64,000 nt of DNA from a plasmid. The position numbers and the translations under genes are program-made. The notes below the pieces were generated by a model, which worked only from the letters and a program-made list of their open reading frames with translations, was not told the origin of the DNA and searched no databases. Below, piece by piece: positions 57,388-64,000 of this stretch. How positions within the stretch are numbered: position 1 is the first letter of the stretch; each line of letters starts with the position of its first letter. The stretch lies in the sequence record NZ_CP110904.1; one strand, given 5' to 3'.

Positions 57388-57616
57388 TGCATAACTCCTT
57401 ATTTAATTAAGTGTGATTGCTGTCTGTGAATAGATAATATCAAAACAGATACCCGCACCTAATAACCCGAAATGAAATATTTTCGAAGTTTTTATAGAGA
57501 AGACAGGCGCCATATTTATTAATCCAGCCATTATTTAGAGGGCGGCATTAAGTAATTATGCGGAAAAAATAAAAAACCGCCACAAGGGCGGCATTTATTA
57601 AATGGGAAAGATTCAG

Positions 57617-57937
57617 TTATAAGGTATGTGTCAGGGCGGAAACAATGATCCGGTCTGGTAACAGTGATTGAAGGGACGCCGACGAAATGACAAGTGCCTT
57701 TTCAATGTGTGCCTCTCCGTCGGCGATATGTCGCCGGAATGCCGCTTCTGCTTCACCGGAGGAGTCGGCTTCAACCAGCATCACTTCTTCCTCATCATCA
57801 AACATCATGCGGCCTGAGATAATATACAGTCGGCTTAAGTCCGGGAGATTTACAGCGTTGCCCTGTTTGTTAATCATCATTTTTCTCCGTCTGCAATTTT
57901 TAAATTTGTCAGTTCTGCTACGGGTAAAATACACCAT
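57617..57937 (-). CDS. Hypothetical protein.
   Basis: 106-aa ORF overlapping the upstream gene at 57937. Confidence 0.3.
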   Translation of the reverse strand: MVYFTRSRTDKFKNCRRRKMMINKQGNAVNLPDLSRLYIISGRMMFDDEEEVMLVEADSSGEAEAAFRRHIADGEAHIEKALVISSASLQSLLPDRIIVSALTHTL

Positions 57938-58269
57938 CAGCCCTGTAAACCCGGACAGGTATCAACGTAGCTCATCGGTTTGCCAATCGCGGCGCTTAGG
58001 CGAAGGATTTCGCCGATGGAGACGTACCGCAGCATTTCAGAACGCCCGTGTTTCTGGTATTCATCCACCGACATGGTGCGCCAGTCCTTGTGCGGTGTGT
58101 TTTTGCACAACTGCCAGTTGTCGACAGTGGTCGGGCGACGCAGGACATACACACCCAGCGAAGGCGTGAGGCCTAAGCCAAATGACTGCTGCACCACAAT
58201 ACGCACTTCAGAGCCGTCGGGGCGTTTCAGTGTCTGAGTAATTTTAGTGATGAGCTGTTCGGATTCCAT
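57937..58269 (-). CDS. Hypothetical protein.
   Basis: 110-aa ORF. First gene of a two-gene operon. Confidence 0.3.
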   Translation of the reverse strand: MESEQLITKITQTLKRPDGSEVRIVVQQSFGLGLTPSLGVYVLRRPTTVDNWQLCKNTPHKDWRTMSVDEYQKHGRSEMLRYVSIGEILRLSAAIGKPMSYVDTCPGLQG

Positions 58270-58603
58270 ACTATTAACCTCGACCGTCAGTTGGGTTGCT
58301 GTAGGGATATTTTAGCAAAGTCGGTTCACTGGCTAATAAGTACAAAGCGAAATTTTTAAAAATAGAGGAATAAAACAGGAAGAGAACAAATCTGGAAACA
58401 GCAAAATCACATTATCCGATTGCAATTCATTTCACATTTGACATATTCGGAATTAAGTACGCAACGAACCTGCATCGTCTGGTATAAAAGTATATTTCAA
58501 ATATTCAGGTTATTATCTGAAGTAAAATACTCTCTGCCCCGGTTGCAATACCAGACGGAACACAAGACGTTATGAAGAGCCTGTCCCGGTTCAAAAGCTG
58601 CGG

Positions 58604-58834
58604 CTAATTTTTTCTGACCCACTTAACGAGAATGCCAGCCAGAGTCACAGTCAGCATCAATGCCCATACTGAAGAAATAAAGTTAAGCAATGGAATACGC
58701 TCAGAATAATCACAGGTACTGGATGGGTCACTGGCAAATTTACAGATAAATTCGGGATCAAGCCCCCAGTAAACGAAAGAAAATAACACAACGAGCGATA
58801 CACTGATTTTAAAGATTTTTTCGCTTGTCATCAT
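58604..58834 (-). CDS. Small membrane protein.
   Basis: Two TM segments in 76 aa. Confidence 0.3.
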   Translation of the reverse strand: MMTSEKIFKISVSLVVLFSFVYWGLDPEFICKFASDPSSTCDYSERIPLLNFISSVWALMLTVTLAGILVKWVRKN

Positions 58835-58871
58835 TTATCATCTCAATCCAGGAGGTTATATAAACCTGAAA

Positions 58872-59330
58872 CTATTTCAGCCGTGTTTCGAACTGGTAAG
58901 GAATTTTCTGGACGGTTTTCATCAGATCAAAAATCGCCGGATGAGCCGGATTTAAAAGGTAGTTAAACTCCACCGGAGATAATGCACTGGGAATACGCAG
59001 GGCAACAGAAGAGCCACTTTCAGCCCAGTTATCGCCATACAGGGCAAGTTCTGCGGGCGCATCTTCACTTGCCCAGCCCGGCGGCAGCAGGTTCAAGTCA
59101 AAGGCCTGGATCTGGTCATCCGGGACATCAATGCTCAGCAGCGTGTAAGCGTCCAGAAGCTGCGGGGCATTGATATGCACCAGCGTCTCCAGCATGGTCA
59201 GAGAGGCCGTCTCGGACAGATAGACAAGTGCTGTGCCGACACTGTTCCAGCGGCCTCCCGCTTCTTTCGCACCTAATCCCGACCATGCAGTCGTAATATA
59301 GCGGGTCTTGGTCATCCGATACAGGATCAC
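58872..59330 (-). CDS. RES-domain toxin (RES-Xre type II toxin-antitoxin system).
   Basis: The GGRWNSVGTALVYLSETASL region matches the conserved RES core (R...Y-L-S-E). It overlaps the upstream antitoxin gene. Confidence 0.6.
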   Translation of the reverse strand: MILYRMTKTRYITTAWSGLGAKEAGGRWNSVGTALVYLSETASLTMLETLVHINAPQLLDAYTLLSIDVPDDQIQAFDLNLLPPGWASEDAPAELALYGDNWAESGSSVALRIPSALSPVEFNYLLNPAHPAIFDLMKTVQKIPYQFETRLK

Positions 59331-59800
59331 GAATAGACTCCGTGTTCAATACGGGTGATCAGGCGCATCACTTCGAGTGCGCCGGTTTCCGAAGAGACAA
59401 CATCTGCCGGAGTCTTCCAGCTCAAGCCACGGTTTGGCTCGTTCATCCATTTCTGTGCTGCCTCTTTGTCGCCTTCGAACAGCTCTACAGCCCGTTCAAT
59501 GACGCGAATAATACGCACCAGACGTTCGCTCTGATCCGCAGTGAAACGGGCTTTTACGCTGCGATTGAAGGTGGTGTTCGGAATGCCGGACATTTTGCGC
59601 AGTTCCGACGGCGTGATGTTCGCCCATTCAGAAATGGAATGAGCGACTTTACCTTCCAGTCCGTGGCTAATTTTGTCCATCAGCGCAATGCCGTCATTAT
59701 CCAGACCCACCACCTGCCATAAGCCGTGCGGGTTCATTTTGGATAAATCTGGAGAAAAAACTTTCATAGTCATAACCGACCCTCCCATTTGGGATGTCAA
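59327..59800 (-). CDS. Xre/MbcA/ParS-like antitoxin (DUF2384 type) paired with the RES toxin.
   Basis: The C-terminal WMNEPNRGLSWKTPADVVSSETGALEVMRLITRIEHGVYS is typical of antitoxins partnered with RES toxins. Confidence 0.55.
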   Translation of the reverse strand: MTSQMGGSVMTMKVFSPDLSKMNPHGLWQVVGLDNDGIALMDKISHGLEGKVAHSISEWANITPSELRKMSGIPNTTFNRSVKARFTADQSERLVRIIRVIERAVELFEGDKEAAQKWMNEPNRGLSWKTPADVVSSETGALEVMRLITRIEHGVYS

Positions 59801-59849
59801 TTATACCATATGGGTGACTACTGGCAATATTTTCACCTTTCTCATAACG

Positions 59850-60257
59850 TCAGTTCGTCACCCGGCTGACTCTGGCATGGGCATTGCCCTGAATGTTCCA
59901 GTACAGCCCAGCCGGAAGCTCTGCGGCCCAGGTTGCCCCCCGTTCCGACATTTGTTCGGGCGTTTCCAGCCATCCACGCGGAATAGTACCGGTGGTGTCA
60001 CCGATAACCCGCGAGACGCAGGCGGCAACGCGGACGCCGCCGGGGACATCACAGCCGGATTCAACGATGTGCATCACTTCCATTAATGCGCCGTACGCTT
60101 CAACACGGTCGCCCTTTTGCAGTTCAATGGGGGAAACCTGTTCAGTCAAATTCTTCATGCTCACACTCCCTTCAGTGATTAAAATTGTCGCCGTCGTTTT
60201 TAAGGCATCCGGGAGAAGAATCCTGGTGGCCATTACGCCGGTATGTTGCTGAATCAT
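59850..60257 (-). CDS. Hypothetical protein.
   Basis: 135-aa ORF. Confidence 0.3.
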   Translation of the reverse strand: MIQQHTGVMATRILLPDALKTTATILITEGSVSMKNLTEQVSPIELQKGDRVEAYGALMEVMHIVESGCDVPGGVRVAACVSRVIGDTTGTIPRGWLETPEQMSERGATWAAELPAGLYWNIQGNAHARVSRVTN

Positions 60258-60333
60258 TTTCTGTCAGCGCCGTCGCCGCAGGACATCCCCGCTGGCGTCA
60301 CTTCCGGCTGCTGGCCAGGCTAAACCGCCCAGC

Positions 60334-61603
60334 TCATCCCCCTTCCCGCAGTTCATCACGGTAAAGGGCAACCAGGTCATCGAGTATCGGGCTGCTCTGG
60401 TATCCCGGCATTTCTGTAAACAGGCTGCGCGAGATCCCGAGCCATTCCATTATTTTGTCCGTTGCATACCAACGTCTGCCGAGCCGCTCAGCGGCAACCG
60501 GTACTTTGTGCAGACCGGCAAATGGCTCAACTACCAGATCACCAGGCCTGGTGAGGAACTCGATCAGGAATGCGGCGAGTCGAGTGGGTGACGTTGCACC
60601 GTGCAGCGGAAACCCCAGTTCGCGGGCGATGCGATGGCAGAGCCGCGTATCCGGGCAGGCATTGCCAAACATAAGCGTATTTTTGGGGATAGTCCCTTCT
60701 GTCTTATTGCCGAAGGCGCCATTTTTAAGCTGGTAAGCGCCATCCCCGTAAAATGTAGTGCGGTTTTCGCCGCCGGACGCCTGCAATTTCTGATGCTGCT
60801 CTGAATGAGGCTGGAGAACGCGCATGTTGTTCGAACGAACCTTTTGCGCGTCATTAGTAAACCACAGCACCGGCTCGTAAGACGAACAGAGCTGAACACG
60901 CTGTTTACACGCCCAGTGAGTCGGCGACGGGGGTTTCGCTCGGTTCACCCAGTTCAGTCTGTCCATCAGCTCAAGACCCAGCTTATCGCACAGCGCCAGT
61001 GTCAGTCTTTCCAGATACAGAGAGCGCGATGGCCTGCCTGGATTAAAGCTGTCCTGCGTCACATTGAGCGCCACGCTGCCCCCCGGCACGAGCTGCTTCA
61101 CGATAGGCTCAAGAATCCGCAGCAGCCAGTCAATATACGCCTGCTCACCGCGTCCGCCGCCGTGCCCGTAATTTCGGGCATTACGCAGCAGGAACGGGGG
61201 CGACGTAAGGCAGAGATGGATTTGCTCATTGATGTTGCTGAAGAACGCGTACGCATTCCCGAAGACCGATGCCCCGAGCGAAGTTGAGAAGCCAACGACG
61301 CACAGTTTGTCCCAGGACTCATGCAGCTTCTTGTCATTTTTGAAGGCATAGCGCCAGACGCCCCGCTTTTCCGGGACACGCTCGATCACCCCGGCCTGCC
61401 GCAGCGTCTGCTGATACCAGCGAACCTGATGCTTGACGCCGCTGGTTCGCATTTTGTCCGAGCCGAACGCCTTCATTTTCTGTAGTTCTGCATCCGACAT
61501 CCCCGTTTCGCGTTGTACCTCGCGATACAGCTCTTCGTTCGTTAACGGGGTGTCTGACGCGGCATAGATCCGCGCAATCAAATCGCTGTTAAGGTTGCTC
61601 ATC
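60334..61603 (-). CDS. DNA methyltransferase (N6-adenine or N4-cytosine, beta-class order). Start placed at MSNLNSDL.
   Basis: Catalytic motif IV LTSPPFLL precedes the SAM-binding motif I VVEPFAGLH near the C-terminus. Confidence 0.55.
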
Positions 61604-62200
61604 AGCCATCCTTGAAAAACGGACCAGGGCGGCTTCACACTGCTCTTTACCCCACGAGTCCTGCCAGTCGCACAGGTGGAGATATTTGCGTTCGAGTGCT
61701 TCCATTTCATCGAGATTTGAACTCGATAATCCCGCCCAGACGTCGTGCCAGCACACATCGTAAGTAACGCCTGCCGGTGGGCAGTATTCCAGAGCATCCG
61801 CATGGATGATTTCAACACGGGGATCGTGGGCAAAGGCCTCGGCAACCAGGTTAATCACATCCTGCGACTTCTCAATGACAGTCACGTTGTTAACTTCCGG
61901 CTTCTGAAGAATGGCGTGCAGCACCATCCCCAGCCCCAGTCCGTTGATCAGGACGTGCCCTGTCGCTCGCTTTATGAACTCCTGACAGAGTTGGATTTCG
62001 TATGGCAAATTGGTCATCACCACATTTCTGCCATTTGAAAGGCGGCGATAGTTACCGGGCTGTAAAACCGCGTCGATATCCTCCGTAGCGGCACGGAGGA
62101 AAAGGCTAACCGCCTTATCTTTGGAGATTTCGAAGCTGTCCAGTGTCCAGGCACCGGATGTTCCATCTTTAACAGGTAAATTAGAAAAGCAACTCTTCAT
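61589..62200 (-). CDS. Small Rossmann-fold SAM-methyltransferase-like protein (paralog 1).
   Basis: VLINGLGLGMVLHAILQ (GxGxG), VTVIEKSQ and IIHADALEY. The 3' end overlaps the methyltransferase start. Confidence 0.4.
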   Translation of the reverse strand: MKSCFSNLPVKDGTSGAWTLDSFEISKDKAVSLFLRAATEDIDAVLQPGNYRRLSNGRNVVMTNLPYEIQLCQEFIKRATGHVLINGLGLGMVLHAILQKPEVNNVTVIEKSQDVINLVAEAFAHDPRVEIIHADALEYCPPAGVTYDVCWHDVWAGLSSSNLDEMEALERKYLHLCDWQDSWGKEQCEAALVRFSRMADEQP

Positions 62201-62261
62201 CAGTCATCCTTAAAATGGATTCAGTTCAACGTAAGTGGGCGCAGGAAGACGGTGAAGCAGG

Positions 62262-62897
62262 TCACTTCCCTTTCTGCATCAGGGACTCCAGTGACGATTC
62301 CAGCGCCGCGAAACGAATCAGGGCAGCTTCACACTGCTCTTTACCCCACGAGTCCTGCCAGTCGCACAGGTGGAGATATTTGCGTTCGAGCGCTTCCATT
62401 TCATCAAGATTTGATCTCGAAAAATCTGGCCAGATATCATGCCAGCACACATTGAAGGTAACGCCTGCCGGTGGGCAGTATTTCAGAGCATCCGCAAGGA
62501 TAATTTCAACGCGGGGATCGTGAGCAAATGCTTTGGAAACCAGGTTCATCACATCCTGAGACTTCTCAATGACGGTCACGTGGGTCACGTCAGGCTTCTG
62601 AAGAATGGCGTGCAGCACCATTCCCAGCCCCAGTCCGTTAATCAGGATGCGTCCAGTTGCTCGCTCAATGAAAGCTTCACAGGTACGGATCTCCATCGGC
62701 GTATTGGACATCACCACTTCGTTATCACAGGACAAACGCCGGTAGACGCCTGCCGGGATATATTCATCCTGATCCTTTGTATATTCGGCGCGAAGCTTCA
62801 GGGTCTGCGCTTTTTCTGGCGTAATCACAAAGGAGTCCAGCGTCCAGTTACCGGATTTCCCGTTTTTCACCGGCAGCTCAGCAAATTTACTTTTCAT
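62262..62897 (-). CDS. Small Rossmann-fold SAM-methyltransferase-like protein (paralog 2).
   Basis: About 60% identical to 61589..62200 along its full length (ILINGLGLGMVLHAILQKPDVTHVTVIEKSQDV). Confidence 0.4.
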   Translation of the reverse strand: MKSKFAELPVKNGKSGNWTLDSFVITPEKAQTLKLRAEYTKDQDEYIPAGVYRRLSCDNEVVMSNTPMEIRTCEAFIERATGRILINGLGLGMVLHAILQKPDVTHVTVIEKSQDVMNLVSKAFAHDPRVEIILADALKYCPPAGVTFNVCWHDIWPDFSRSNLDEMEALERKYLHLCDWQDSWGKEQCEAALIRFAALESSLESLMQKGK

Positions 62898-63012
62898 ACT
62901 GATAACCTTAATTTCGAATCATTCTGTTGCCGGGAAATTACCACATAACCCTCGGGCTGGGCAGGCAAGATCGCGTTACAACGGACGGCGGCTGACGCAA
63001 CCGTCCACGGGT

Positions 63013-63333
63013 TCACAGGTAACGAAGTAGGATCTCCGCATCCTCCGGTGGCAGCTGTTGGCAGCTCTTCACTTGATAGAAGAATTCCCCGCCAAGATCA
63101 TACACTCCGCCGTCTTCAAAACTCAGTGCTTCGACCTCGTCGCGACACTCATTCAGTAATGCCGTCTGGCTGGCGTTTGCCTCAGTATCGCTGGCGACAA
63201 GCTTCACGCTGGAATGCTCATACTCGCCATTCCGGCATACAATTTTGACAATGAAGTTTTTTTCAGGCATCTGCGCCTCCCGGCTGGTTAGGGGTTTATT
63301 CAGCGTTGCCCCGGCGTCCGGGGCAAGACTCAA
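63013..63333 (-). CDS. Hypothetical protein.
   Basis: 106-aa ORF directly abutting the upstream gene. Confidence 0.3.
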   Translation of the reverse strand: MSLAPDAGATLNKPLTSREAQMPEKNFIVKIVCRNGEYEHSSVKLVASDTEANASQTALLNECRDEVEALSFEDGGVYDLGGEFFYQVKSCQQLPPEDAEILLRYL

Positions 63334-63768
63334 TCAACCCTTGATGAAACTCTGGCCGAAAGAAGGATTGGCTTTAAACTGGTGCTCCTTTATGATTTTT
63401 TTCATCATCTGAGAGCATTTCTTGATCGATTTGGTGCTGGCATCCGTGACTTCAGCCATCTTGCGGATAAAGCGATTCACCTGATACTGCGCCTCAGCAT
63501 CTTGGCTGAGGGCTTCACTGTGGATGCGGTCTTCATGCTGCGCAATCAACAGCACATAGCAGCGGAGACCTGTGGCGGTGCTCACGCGCTGGCTGATCGT
63601 GATTTCCGCCGAGCGGGTAGACTGGACGACAGAGAGAGAGACTCTCGATAATTCGCCGTCCCGGAAAATAGCCGGAGTAAGACCATTAATATCCTCGCGG
63701 GAATAATTCAGAGAGTCCAGAATGGAAAATAAATCACAGGTGGTAAAATCGAATTCCTGAATGCTCAT
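63334..63768 (-). CDS. Hypothetical protein.
   Basis: 144-aa ORF. First gene of a two-gene operon. Confidence 0.3.
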   Translation of the reverse strand: MSIQEFDFTTCDLFSILDSLNYSREDINGLTPAIFRDGELSRVSLSVVQSTRSAEITISQRVSTATGLRCYVLLIAQHEDRIHSEALSQDAEAQYQVNRFIRKMAEVTDASTKSIKKCSQMMKKIIKEHQFKANPSFGQSFIKG

Positions 63769-64000
63769 ATCGCCTCCGACGCTTCATTATTTGTTGGCAT
63801 TGCCTGTAGATATATAATACCAGGTTGGGTTCAAAACCTAATAACCCGGAAGAGAATATTTTGAAGAAAATCTCAGGCATCCATGCCGTGAATTAAGCTG
63901 GCACTATTCTGAAATAATATCACCAAGGCTGGTGGTAAATTCTCTTTTGACGGATTCAGTAAACGGCACTCGCTCAATATATTTATAATTCGTGGCATAG

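Noticed and set aside
1-64000. tRNA, rRNA or an integrase/attachment site marking an ICE boundary.
   Set aside because: No cloverleaf-like or rRNA-like sequence and no tyrosine or serine recombinase motif were recognised. Whether this is a plasmid or an ICE cannot be decided from this window.

Overview
The window looks like conjugative-plasmid or ICE backbone from an enterobacterium, with accessory cargo interleaved. I could not run similarity searches, so the family assignments below come from motifs I can read in the sequence and from gene order.

The layout, start to end:
- **1–2772:** a PP2C phosphatase and Hanks-type Ser/Thr kinase pair. The phosphatase reading frame stays open to the window edge, so its upstream partner is out of view.
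- **3076–6949:** a periplasmic redox and cell-wall cluster (DsbA-like CxxC protein, lipoprotein, DsbC/TrbB-like CxxC isomerase, lytic transglycosylase).
- **7987–14436, minus strand:** F-type mating-pair-formation genes in the order TraF/TrhF-like, TraH/TrhH-like, then a 1329-aa TraG/TrhG-like protein.
- **14437–17123:** an AT-rich divergent control region with four tandem 35-bp palindromes, probably the oriT region.
- **17124–27134, plus strand:** a DNA-transfer operon (small proteins, an HD-domain MOBH-type relaxase, a Walker A/B coupling ATPase, TraJ-like ORF), followed by a membrane protein, an S49 peptidase and a NERD protein.
- **30777–49507:** two IS903-group copies in inverted orientation, each with its own 9-bp target-site duplication, bracketing cargo. 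The cargo holds a ParB-like gene, small RHH-like paralogs, an E. coli-type relB-relE-hok locus (the 51-aa hok is missing from the ORF track), a CDF transporter, a cytochrome b561-like protein, an IS30-family element and an IS481/ISNCY-type transposase.
- **49558–63768:** an HNH endonuclease module, a large PP-loop (SGGKDS) PAPS-reductase/DndC-like protein, a RES-Xre toxin-antitoxin pair, and a DNA methyltransferase in operon with two tandem paralogous methyltransferase-like genes.

The most striking signal is a 13–17-bp palindrome, GAAAAGT(A/T)ACTTTTC, present in at least 17 copies across the window. Copies sit in promoter-proximal and intragenic positions, and three are clustered beside the ParB-like gene. 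That pattern suggests a KorB/ParB-like global operator and centromere network. No tRNA, rRNA or CRISPR array was recognised.
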